Shown here: one piece after another, positions 50,946 through 62,619 of the stretch
Layout: the number at the start of each line of letters is the position of its first letter
Numbering within the stretch: position 1 is the stretch's first letter
DNA from: Chiloscyllium plagiosum
Taxonomy: Eukaryota
Reading direction: 5' to 3'
DNA: 64,000 bases
NCBI RefSeq assembly: GCF_004010195.1
Contig: NC_057756.1
Coordinates: 3,566,785-3,630,784, forward strand
The notes under the pieces: generated by a model
Database searches by the model: none
Told to the model about the DNA's origin: nothing
Seen by the model: the letters and a program-made list of their open reading frames with translations, nothing else
Translations under genes and position numbers: made by a program

Positions 50946-51697
50946 GAACCAAATATAATTTGACGTTCTTTGTTCAAAATACTGCGAGATTTTACTTACT
51001 TTATCACAAGAGTTGCAAACCTCTGGAAGTTCAACCTTGCAACTTGACTGTAAGTAATTATTGAGATTTTCTGGTATTAAAGCATGAAATTGAAATACAA
51101 TCTCCTTCATCTCTTACAATCCCACTCACAAAATTGCCACAATTTATTTATTTCTTCGTTCAATTAATTTCAAAGTGCAGAAACTGCTTTCCATCACGGG
51201 TATTCTTCATTGTTATTTGAATTTGAATTAAATTGACATTATTCTCTATGATAAACGCTAAAACATGTACAACAAATACTAATAAAGCCAATCAAATCGG
51301 AATCTTTTACTTCTGTTGTTGTTCAATTTCACGAAACATTAATAATTACAACTTTGCATACATTGAGCGAAATCAATGTCCAAATAATGGAAATACTTTG
51401 AGAAATATCAAAATGTATTAGCCAGCCTCTTAACAGATTTTTATTTGCAGTTGTCTTTTGTATTTTGGAACTCACAAGTTTGACATCATGTCTGAAATTG
51501 CGTCTGAGTATTTTATGTCCTGCCGTAGAATCTCAATTGTAGCCATTTCTTTGACTGATCTTTGTGATATAGCTTGCACATATCGTTCAATATAACATGA
51601 TTTTATAATTGCATTTAATGTTATGCACAATGCTCGATTATTTTTAATTATGCCATCAGGCTACAATGCTGATGCAGTTATTCTTCTCTCCTCTCAG

Positions 51698-51718
51698 AAC
51701 TGACACATTGCCAAGCAG
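51698..51718 (+). CDS. 21-nt heptad microexon 9 (ELTHCQA)
   Basis: ttattcttctctcctctcag|aactgacacattgccaagcag|gtaaaa. Confidence 0.85.
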
Positions 51719-52959
51719 GTAAAACTGTCAAACTGCATTCCAAGTTCTGCAAATAACTTGAGAAAATTATCCACGTTGACCTCATTCCGAGTTGCAATAG
51801 TTTCGATAGGATGTTGTTGAGAAAGAAACGTAAAATATTAATTTTACAGTCCCCATCGACTTTGACTAATATCATGGAATAATTTTAGATGTGCACTGTT
51901 ATGCTCGCAATCACTCTAAGGATTGATATTCTATTGTTGTTTGTGCACAATTTAGGACGCTTACGTGGTACCTTTCCTCTCTGTGTCCAGGGACACTTCA
52001 AGAGTCACAGAGAGGGGCAGGAGAGCGGCCGGCAGGGATGGGGCACGGAAGATATTTCATTTATGAGACAATTACCAACACAAGGAAAAAACAACTGCGA
52101 GTATGTGTTTTGCAAAAAAAAAATCTTGTCTTGGTGAGGCTGTAGAAGGTGAAAACAACAAATTTGTTCAGGGGCGCGATGTGGGTATTTTAAAATGGTA
52201 ATTACATTTCGATATAAGAGGCATGCATTACAGGTTTGCAGCATTTGAGGAAATAATGTGCTATCCGTAACCTGAAGCAGGCGGTTGTGAAATTGATGGC
52301 ATGGTTCAGGCAGATGGCAAAATGTGGAAAATAATTTGTCTCCACTCTTCTGATTACTTAGAAATACGTTAGCTTGCCGAACTAATCCATATGACAAGCC
52401 ATGTTGCTGCGTTTTGCATATTTACTGTAATTAACCAGTTTGTAGTGCTAATATCTTGTTAGTCTATTCCAGCCTTTTGCGATTCAGGGAAGTTCTCTGC
52501 GCAATTATAGGTATTCTTTAACCTGGTTTAAGAGCAAACAAGTCCATTCCAGCTCCCTTTGTGCCTATCAAGTTAGAAGAGACTTAAAATACATATTTCT
52601 GTTTTATATATTATGTTCCACTCTAAACTGTTCGTCCAAACTGTCGTGAACATAACAGGATATCTCAATGTTAAATATCACATATTCTATCCTGGTAGGC
52701 AAACAGTGGAAATTGAATGTTTCAAATCTTTATCCAATTGGGTATGAAATAAGGAGTGATTAAAGGATGAAGTATGAAGGTGAGACAGCTTTAGCGGTAA
52801 TGTAAGAATAACATGGTTGCTATGTGTTCCAAATGAAAGACACAGGAAATCAGAGAAACGAATGGTGAAAAAAATGAGACAGACATGTGATAAAAAGGAA
52901 AACAACGCCATCAAGAAATTGTTGTTGTAATGACATAAACTCGACTGCAAGGACATTAG

Positions 52960-54450
52960 TATTCCAGAAGCAGGAAGTGCGGGAGCGTGGAGAAGTACGC
53001 TGTCAGGAAGGTGAAGAAAACATTTAAAAACTCACCTCCGGCGTCAGGACCTACCATTGATGTTCCAGCAGCAGGACGTGCAGCCGCGTCGAGCAGAAGG
53101 ATTTCAGGAAAGTAAGGAAAAATGTTTAAAAACTCACCTCTTTAGTCAGTGCTCAACATTGTTGTTCGAGCAGCCAAAGTTGCTGCAGCGTCAAGCAGGT
53201 GGCCGTCTGAGAGATCACAAGATTACATATTTGGGCGGTAGCTTTATCCGAGACACGACTCGAGTAGTGTCTCCCACCCATGCTCTTCCTCTAATAAAAA
53301 AAAACATTCTGAGCGTAGGCTGTCAAGGTGGTAATTGTTTTCTGATGCAATTCATTTTTTCAGCAGTTTATATGGGAATTTAGAATAGTGGAAATTGAGG
53401 TTAGGGCAGTCGAATGTTCCTCCTGCTGTATGGGGGAGCTAAGGGTCGCCTTTAGTGTCCCTGATGACTTTATTTGTGGAAGTGCATCCAACTCCAGTTC
53501 TCGAGAACTGTTTTAGGGAACGGGAGCTGGAGATTGATGAACTTCGGATTATTCGGGAGGCAGAAGGGATTGTTGAGAGGAATTGTAGGGATGTAGTTAT
53601 TCCATTGTCATGTGAAAATGTTAGATGGGTTAATGTCAGGGGTAGGAAAGGGAACCAGCAGACAATGCAAGTATCTCCTGTAGTAGTTCCACTTAACGGC
53701 AAGTATGCCGTTTTTGACACTGTTTTGAGGGGATGAATTACCAGAGTAAGGAAATGTGGTAGAGTTCTTTGGCGTAGAGTCAGACCTAGCTGCTCAGAAT
53801 TGAAGGGGAAAAAGGAACAGAGCTTTAGTTATTGGAGATTCAATAGTTAGAGGGACAGACAGGAAGTTATGTGGCAATGAGAGAGACTCGCGATAAGTTT
53901 GTTGCCTCCCACGTGCCAATGTTCATGATGTCTCTGATCATGTTTTCCGGAACATTTAGCGGTGGGGGGGGGGGGGGGGTATGCCCATATTCGTGGTGCA
54001 CATAGGCACCAACAACACATGTCAGAAGAAAGGTGAGGACCTAAGGCAGAAATTTACCGAGTCACATTGGTCACTTCGAGTTAGAAAAAACAGCTTTGTT
54101 GTCTATGGTTTGTTGCCGCCGCCACGTGCTAGTGAAGCAAGGAACATATGGAGAGCAAATCGGAACAGGTGGCAGAAGGTTTGGTGAAGGATTCAGGGTG
54201 TATTTTTGGGGAAGGTGGGTCCTCTACAAAGAGGATGGTCTTTACTTGAAACAGAGGGGTGCTAATATTCCAGAGTGGAAGTTTGCTTATGCTCTTTTGG
54301 GGGTTTTAAAATAATGGAGCATGTGGATGAAAATCTGAATGGTAATTCCAGTGTACCTGAGTTTGAGGGTAGCGAGGGCAGGGAGAGGTTTACAAGGTCA
54401 CGAGAGGGTACAAAATTAGCATGCTGCTTCGAAAGGGACTCAGGGGGCTG
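52960..54450 (+). mobile_element. CR1 LINE 5' UTR and ORF1 (zinc-finger/leucine zipper plus SGNH esterase), degenerate
   Basis: VECSSC, ELEIDELRIIREAEGIVE, VIGDSIVRGTDRKLCG, VVHIGTNN and LYKEDGLYL. The 5' UTR has a repeated unit (aaaaactcacctc at ~53027 and ~53128). Confidence 0.85.
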
Positions 54451-54454
54451 AGTT

Positions 54455-56017
54455 GAGTATGTTTGCAAAAGAGAAAGTGCTTGAAAAGCTAAAAGGTCTT
54501 AAAATTGATAAATCTCCTGGCCCCGATGGGCTACATCCTAGAGTCCTGAGGGAGGTAGCTGAGGAAACAGCGGAGGCGTTGGTTGAGATCTTTCAAAAGT
54601 CACTGGAGTCAGGGATAGTCCCGGATGATTGGAAGATCGCTGTTGCAAACCCCTTGTTCAAGAAAGGATCAAGACAAAAGATGAAAAATTATAGGTCAAT
54701 TAGCCTAACCTCGGTCGTTGGTAAAATTCTAGAATCCATCATTAAGGATGAGGTTTCTAAACTCTTGCAAGAGCAGGGTCGGATTAGAACAAGTCAACAT
54801 GGATTCAGTCAGGGGAGGCCGTGCCTGACAAACCTGTTGGAGTCCTTTGAAGAGGTGACAAGTAGGTTAGACCGGGGAAACCCAGTGGATGTGGTCTACC
54901 TAGACTTCCAAAAGGCCTTTGATAAGGTGCCACATGGGAGGCTGCTGAGCAAGGTGAGGGCCCATGGTTTTCGAGGTGAGCTACTGGTATAGATTGAGGA
55001 TTGGCTGTCTGACAGAAGGCAGAGAGTTGGGATAAAAGGTTATTTTTCTGAATGGCAGCCGGTGACAAGAGGTGACCCGCAGTGTTCAGTGTTGGAGCCG
55101 CAGCTGTTCACAATATATATTAATGATCTGGATGAAGGGACTGGGGGCATTCTAGCGACGTTTGCCGATGATACAAAGTTAGGTGGACAAGCAGGCAGTA
55201 CTGAGGAAGTGGGGAGGCTGCAGAAGCATCTAGGCAGTTTGGAAGAGTTGTCTAGGAAATGTCGGATGTAATTTAACATGAGCAATGCGAGGTCTTGCAC
55301 TTTGGTAAAAAGCATACAAGCATGGACTACTTTCTAAACGGTGAGAAAAATCGTAAAGCCAAAGTACAGAGGGATCTGGGAGTGCTAGTTGAGGATTCTC
55401 TAAAGGTAAACATGCAGGTTGAGTCTGTGATTAAGAAAACGAATGCAATATTGTCAATTATCTCAAGAGGGTTGGAATATAAAAGCACTGTGCTACTGAG
55501 ACTTTATAAAGCTCTGGTTAGGCCCCATTTGGAGTACTGTGTCCAGTTTTGGTCCCCACACCTCAGGAAAGACATACTGGCACTGGAGCATGTCCAGCAG
55601 AAATTCACACGGATGATCCCTGGAATGGTAGGTCTAACATATGAGAGGGTGGACGCTAGGAAATTGGAGAGGGTGGACGCTAGGAAATTGTTTTCGTTAG
55701 GCGAGGAGACTAGGACCCGTGGACACAGCCTTAGAATTAGAGGGGGTAAATTCAGAACAGAAATGCGGAGACATTTCTTCAGCCAGAGAGTGGTGGGCCT
55801 GTGGAATTCATTGCCGCAGAGTGCAGTGGAGGCTGGGACGCTAAATGTCTTCAAGGCAGAAATTGATAAATTCTTGATGTCACAAGGAATTAAGGGCTAC
55901 AGGGAGAATGCGGGTAAATGTAGTTGAAATGCCCATCAGCCATGATTGAATGGTGGAGTGGACTCGATGGGCCGAATGGCCTTACTTCCGCTCCTACGTC
56001 TTATGGTCTTATGGTCT
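54455..56017 (+). mobile_element. Younger 5'-truncated CR1 LINE (RT to 3' tail) nested between ORF1 and ORF2 of the older CR1
   Basis: KSPGPDGLHPRVL, QHGFSQGRPCLTNLL, YLDFQKAFDKVPH, FADDTKLGG and LVRPHLEYCVQFWSP with few disruptions; ends in a cttatggt repeat tail. Confidence 0.95.
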
Positions 56018-58410
56018 AAATGTGTGCACTTCAATGCCAGAAGCATCTAGAATAATGTGGGTGAACTTGCAGCATTGGTTGGTACGTTGGATTTCGATGT
56101 TGTGGCAATTTCATAGACATGTCTAGAGGAGGGAGATGAATGGTTGTTGCAGATTTCAGGAATTAGATGTTTCAGCAAGAACAGAGTTGATAGTAAAAGA
56201 TGGAGGGGGTGTGGTATGGTTAAACACGGTAGTATTGTAGCAGCTGAGAGAACGTTAGAGGACACATCTACTGAGATATTTTGGGAAGAGGTTAAAAACA
56301 ATAACAGAGGAGTCATCCTTTTGTGAGTTTCCTATAGGCCTTTGCATTATTCCAGGGATGTCGAGGAAATGATAGCAAAGATGAATCTCGACAGGAGCGA
56401 CAGTAACTGGGCAGTTGTTACGGGGGACTTTCCCTTCCCCAGTATTACTTTAGTTCAAATAATTTTGGTGGATCTGTTTTTGTTCAAGGTGTGTGGGAGG
56501 GTTTTCTGACACAGTATGTAGACAGGCCAACAAGGGGTAATGCTCTATTGGATTCGGAACTGGGAATCGATCCCAGCCAGGTGTTAGATGTGAAAGCAGA
56601 TGAGCAGTTTGGCGATTGTGACTAAACTTCGGTAAGACTTACAATAGTAATGGGCAGGGATAGACATATACTGCAGTGAAAGAGGTATAACTGATGAAGG
56701 TCAATTATGATGCGATTTGAAATTTGGGCACTTTTGAAAGTTGGAGTTCATTCAAGGAACAGCCATTCATCAGCGGTACTTGATAAGTATGCTGCATACC
56801 TACCAGGCAGGGAGGTAGTTGTTGAGAGAGCGAGCCATTGTTTAACAAAGAACTTGAAGCTCATGTCAAGACGATGAAGAAGGCTTACGTGAGGATGAGG
56901 CACGAGGCTCAGCTGCGGGTTTTGAGTGTTACACGTTCGGCAGAAAACATCTAAACATAGGTCGAAGAAAATCAAGGGGAGAACATGAGAAGTTGTTGGT
57001 GGACAGAATCACGGAAACCCCGAGGGCTCTCTATGAATATATCAGGATTAAAATAATGAGTAAAGTAAGATTGGGGCAATCAAAAGTAGTAATGGAAAGT
57101 TGTGTGTTGATACAAAGGTCATAGGGGAAGCACTTAATGAATACTTTTCGTCTGTATTCACATTGAAAAGGGCAGTGTTTGTCACAATACAGAGATACTC
57201 ACTACAGGATTGAGGTTGACAAAGAGGAGGGTTTATCACTTTAGAAAGTTCTGAAAAAAGCAAAGATCCCTGGGACGGATGGGGTTGATCCTAAGATTCT
57301 CGGGGAAGCCCGGGATGAGATTGCAGAGCCTTTGGCTTTGATTTTGTGTGATCATCATCGACAAGATTAGTGCCAGAAGTCTGGAGAATCTCAAATGTTG
57401 TTCCCTTCTTAAGTTGGGGGTAAGGTGTTGGGAAATGTCATAAGAGATGGGATTGAAAATCATCTGGAAAAAGAATACTTTCTTTTGAGATAGTCAACAG
57501 GTTTTATGAAGGGTAGGTCGTGCCTCACGGACGTTACGGAGTTCTTCGAGATGGTGACAAACAGATGGATGAAGTTAAAGCGGATCATGTGGTGTATTTG
57601 AATTTCAGTAAAGTGATTGATAAGGTTCCTCACGTCAGTCTATTGCACAAGATACGGAGTTTCGATTCGTTTAGCGGTTTGGATCAGAAATTGGCTAGCT
57701 CAAAGAAGACAGAGGGTTTTGGTTGATGGAAAATCTTCATCCTGGAGCTCAGTTACCAGTGGTGTGCCCCAAGAATCTGTTTTGTTCGCAAGTTTTGAGA
57801 AGATTTGTCGCTCAGGTCGAAGGAGATTATCAGTCGCAGAGGGACATAGATAAGATGCAGAGCTGGACTGAGAAGGCGCAAATGGAGCTTGAAGCAGAGA
57901 AGTGTGAAGTAATTCACTGTGGAAAAAAAAACAGGAATGCAGAGTGCTGGGCTAATGGTAAAATTCTGAGCAGTGTAGAATAACTAAGAGATCTCGGTGT
58001 CCAGATATGTAACTCCCTGTAAGTTGCCACACAGGTTAATAGGGTTATTAAGAAGGCATATGGTGAGTTGGCCTTTAATGGTAGTGATGTTACGTTTTGG
58101 AACCACGATGTCGTGCTTCAGCTGTACGAGACACGGTGAGATCATACCTGCAGTACTGCATGATGTTCTGGACACCGAATTATAGGAAGGATGTGGAAGC
58201 TTTGGAAATGTTTCAGAGGAGATTTACTAGGCCTGCGTGCATCAGTAGTGGACTCTCCAACGTTAAGGATATTGAAATGAGCGTTGGACATTCATATGGA
58301 TAATAATGGAACGGTGTAAATTAGAAGGGCATCAGATTATTTTCACAGGTCAGTGCAAAATCGAGGACTGAATGGCCTGTACTGTGTTGCGTTTTATGTT
58401 CCATGTTCCA
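56018..58410 (+). mobile_element. Older CR1 ORF2 (APE endonuclease to 3' end), continuing 52960-54450
   Basis: KCVHFNARSI...GELAA at the endonuclease start; YLNFSKVIDKVPH; WIRNWLAQRRQRV...VTSGVPQESV; CR1 tail at ~58370-58410. Confidence 0.85.
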
Positions 58411-58640
58411 AATACTGCAGATTAAATTCCACACGTCGATAGGTGCAGCAGTATTTGTGTTTTATGAAATGATTTCTGTTCATCATTGTTTAAATCAAAT
58501 TACCTGTTGAAAGAGATTGGCATTTGATAATCGTGTGTTTAGAGAGTGTTTGTTGTTGTAAGTTGACTAACTTTTCTTGCTGTTATCGTTCATTTAAAAA
58601 ATGGTTATGTTTGGTAATATTAGTTGTCTTTTTATTTCAG

Positions 58641-58661
58641 AATTGAAGATCTTAAGAAATA
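58641..58661 (+). CDS. 21-nt heptad microexon 10 (ELKILRN)
   Basis: gttgtctttttatttcag|aattgaagatcttaagaaata|gtaagg. Confidence 0.8.
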
Positions 58662-60909
58662 GTAAGGACATTTGGAATATTGATGGTACACTTACTTTAA
58701 ATGTAGAGACATGAAATCAAATGGTTGTGCTTGCAATATCTCTATATTGCCATTGCATGCTCCGAATTATTTTGAAATATTCAATCCTTGAGTACAGATT
58801 CAGATACTTGCTGAGGGCAAATCGTGATGCTAGATTCTTTGCTTAAAAAGAAAATAGTTATGGTGAACATTCATCTTGTCAGTTTGTATAGCCTACTTTG
58901 ATCGAAATATCGGAATACACAAGGCAATAAAGGTCTGAAACGTTAAAAAAATGTATTTCACAGAGAATTAGTTGAAGGGTTTGGCGTGTGGTGGATTGAT
59001 AGCAAATTTGACAAAAGTATTAGAAGGCGTTTTTAATGCAAAATGTCACGATAGCACACTTGAGTTATCAAATTAATTGTTTCAAACAAAGCGACATTGT
59101 GCAAACAAAACTGTATTCACGCAGTATAGAAGGTTCATAATTATTTTTTAAACTGGCGAAGGTGGAAGTTTGGATGACAAATACAACTGAAACGAAAATT
59201 GAGACCATATCAAGTGGAGAATATGCAGAAGCAACGATCTGGCTTTACAGCTGGATGCTCGGTAAACAAATAAATTCACGACAGGCATGTGACCATTGGA
59301 TATCAGAAAATGTTGTTTCCGACCAAACTGCGATGTTTCAACGAGCAATGGACTTCTACATAGCGGTTTAGTCATACATCATAATTTGACACATTATGAT
59401 AAATGAGTAGAAAGTGTGAAACAGGTGCTATGCAATTAAGTTTGGAAATGTTTATGCTGTTGCAATAATTTGAGCATTAATCCACTGTCATCGAGACAGT
59501 GTATTAACTGCAGCTGAATATAATTAATAAATTCGTTTGTAAATTAAATGCAGTTACATTTGAAGGTAAATTGCAATTTGCGGCCCAAAAAAGTGTATCT
59601 CATGAGGCCAGGATGATGCATCTCGCCAATGCAAAAACCCAGAGCGCTGTATCTAGGAAATAAAGTCGTAACTCCGTTGTCTTCTACGCAAAGCAGTTAA
59701 CCATGAATACTTTGCTTGTGTTCATTCCTGAATTAATTAGTTCAATCTAGTTAAAAATTCTCACCATATTGGTATTCAATTGCTTATCCATTCCCTGAAA
59801 TCCAGCCACGTTAATGCATTATTAATTTTTCTGACATTAAAATCAATTTACTGTCCTAAAACGTATGCAATAAGTCATATAGCACCAGGCATTCATATTA
59901 ATTAACTTTCATTCTTTGGGCGAATAACAATGAGTGATATCTTGAAACAGACTGACCTGTACTTTGTTAAAAAAACCTTTGTGTGCAACGTATTTTCTTT
60001 ACCATAATTGTCTCATGATAAGACATGTCAACACTTACTTGCAGATTTCATGTACTATCACAGTATTCTATTCCTGGTTTTGATGCTGCACACTGTAATA
60101 ACTCCACAGTTCAATGCACCAATCGTTTTTTGACATGGTAATGTCGACAAAGGCATTGCATGCAACAGTTTATTAAGATGTCATTGAAGTTTATTGAATA
60201 CCAATAAACCTTTGGTGCAACTTGTCGATGATTACAGTTTTCACAATTAATCTGTAACATCCTAAAAGCGTTTGCTTCAATCCTTCCTTGGCTATTAAAC
60301 ACACGTAGTTGTCCAGATGTTTGGAATGACAAGCTGGTACTCGCCTCCACCATTATATAAGGCAGACACTCATCACCCACTGTGTGATGAAACCTTGCCA
60401 GACTCAACACATTTTGTTGTGTTCCCCACTGACCTTCCATTCCATCCCATATTGTTTAATGCTCTACTAACACTGGTAAAAACAGTTAGCTATTTCTACA
60501 TTATTATTTGTTATCCTTCATTGTTTTGCAGACGTTTAAAGAGTCACCCCTCAGTCTCCGAAGTTCCTGGAAATCAAACACCATCCTACCCAGACTCTCC
60601 GTATACTATAACAATTCTGTCCACTATTAAAGGCAGAGAGAAATGCATACGGTGAATTATTTATTTTCGTTTGAAACAATTTTCATTTCAAATGTCCATA
60701 AAACATGTGATGAAATACTGTGTGCTTGTTTTTGGTATCTTGGCACAGTGTCATTTAAAATCACTTCATTCGCTGAAAAGGTGCACGTGGGTGTTCAATC
60801 GCCTGGTGAATCTTGCATTATATTAAAAGTTTCTGCCATACAGTGTTCGTGTGTGCAAGGAATGCAAGTGGGCTAGTATGTTTAATTTAATACTATTTTG
60901 CCTTCATAG

Positions 60910-60930
60910 ACGTGGCAAATTATCCACAAG
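60910..60930 (+). CDS. 21-nt heptad microexon 11 ((N/D)VANYPQ)
   Basis: tactattttgccttcatag|acgtggcaaattatccacaag|gtaaga. Confidence 0.75.
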
Positions 60931-62619
60931 GTAAGACAGTGACTAGTGAAGTTGGAAACTTGTAGGTGGTTTGGCATCGAAAACCTTTCCAATTGTGCTC
61001 AAAACCCTTTCTAACAGAAATGATTTTTTAAAAATTCTGTCGTTGCTGATTTTCGTTCTTGTGTGACATGTGATGTGTAAAGCTTGGACATTGAGTGTGG
61101 TTAATTAAAGTAAAAAGATGCGAAAAGTTATGCAGTGTAGGAAGGGTAAAAATAGTCAGAGGCAGTGAGCGAGCCAAATAAATGACTTGAAAAAGAAACA
61201 GAGAGTAACGGTACAACCGTTAAAAATAAAGGTGACATTCTGAAGACAAATTGTGTTCACGTAAGTGTACATTTGTTGTCATCTCATTGTATGTGTACAA
61301 ATGGCATTGAGTTCATGCAGCATATTCATCAAAAATACGCCAACAGTCAACGTAATTATTAAATATCTACAGCACAGACAGAATAAAATAAAATATGTCC
61401 ACTTCTGTTTGCAGTACAGCAGAAGAACAACGCCAGATATTATTTGGCTTAGCAATGTTTCTCATAAATCAGATTGACCATTCACACTAAAGTTCTGTGT
61501 TCTCCTGCTCCTGACTGCGATGCAATCCTGGAGATCCCTCCACTTGTGTGTTCTTCAATTACATTACGACCGTTCATGGCTTTCTTGGCACTCAAGTAGC
61601 CCTCCGCCTTAACTGTACTTGGTTAGTACAAATGTTTGCCAGACCATCAAGCATTATTAAGTGAATTATAGGTCGTACTATGTTCCAGTGGTAAGCGTAG
61701 ACAGCGCACAAAGAAACTTGACATTAGATTGGAAAATGTATTGAATCAAAATCATGCTGCTGTTTCTGATTTATCTTCATTCATGGATTCCATATTTGAC
61801 TCAAATTCTGTCACAAAGCGCATTTAATTTCGTAGCCACAAAACATGTAATGTGCTCACGAGTTCTGACTGAAACATGAGCATACCCATCTGTTGAAAGG
61901 AACAATGCACATCGAATTGCCTTTAACAAGGGACGAGAGTTAAAGTATCTTGGGGCACTTCTTTTGAGTAACGACGACTAACAGAAGGTTCGATTGATTA
62001 CTTTAAAAAATATGCGTCAGCTGTGTCATTAAACATTGAGTTTTTTGTAATTTGTTGACGGAGTTAAAATAACAGAGCACAGATTTACTTTGAGGAACTT
62101 TTATTTTTCTCATTTACAGCTTTCACTGCTCGGAAGTATGGCGGAGTTAGGTTTAGCTGACACATATTAGAGTGCTTTGGATGATCGCTGACTTTGAAAA
62201 TGCCATCCAACTGAACGAATGAATGGAGTAGATTGATATTGTGTATTTAACATCTCCAAATAGCCAACAGGTGAATAATGAGAACAATGACTTCCTTCTG
62301 TAATATAATTGCAAGAAATACTTCAGTTGCTTTCGAGTCAGGAGAAAATTAAGCATTGTTCAGTCCTCACCGAGCATCCTTGTTTTATCATAATGTTGGA
62401 GGATATGTGCTCAACTGGCGATTTTTCCACGATGTTACCCGATCTTTCCGCATCTAAAATCTTTGTGATCTCTCATAATCTTCAACTCAGTTTGACAAAA
62501 CTCCTCCTCTCCATTTCACACCTTTGTCCCTCATTCATTTTATCTCCCTTTATTGTTTCCAGTCAGGACGTCGCCTCGTAGTGAACGTTTGAGTTCTGAA
62601 GAATGACGGGATAAACTGT

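Noticed and set aside
59162..59371. 69-aa ORF MEVWMTNTTETKIETISSGEYAEATIWLYSWML...
   Set aside because: No convincing acceptor and no recognisable domain.
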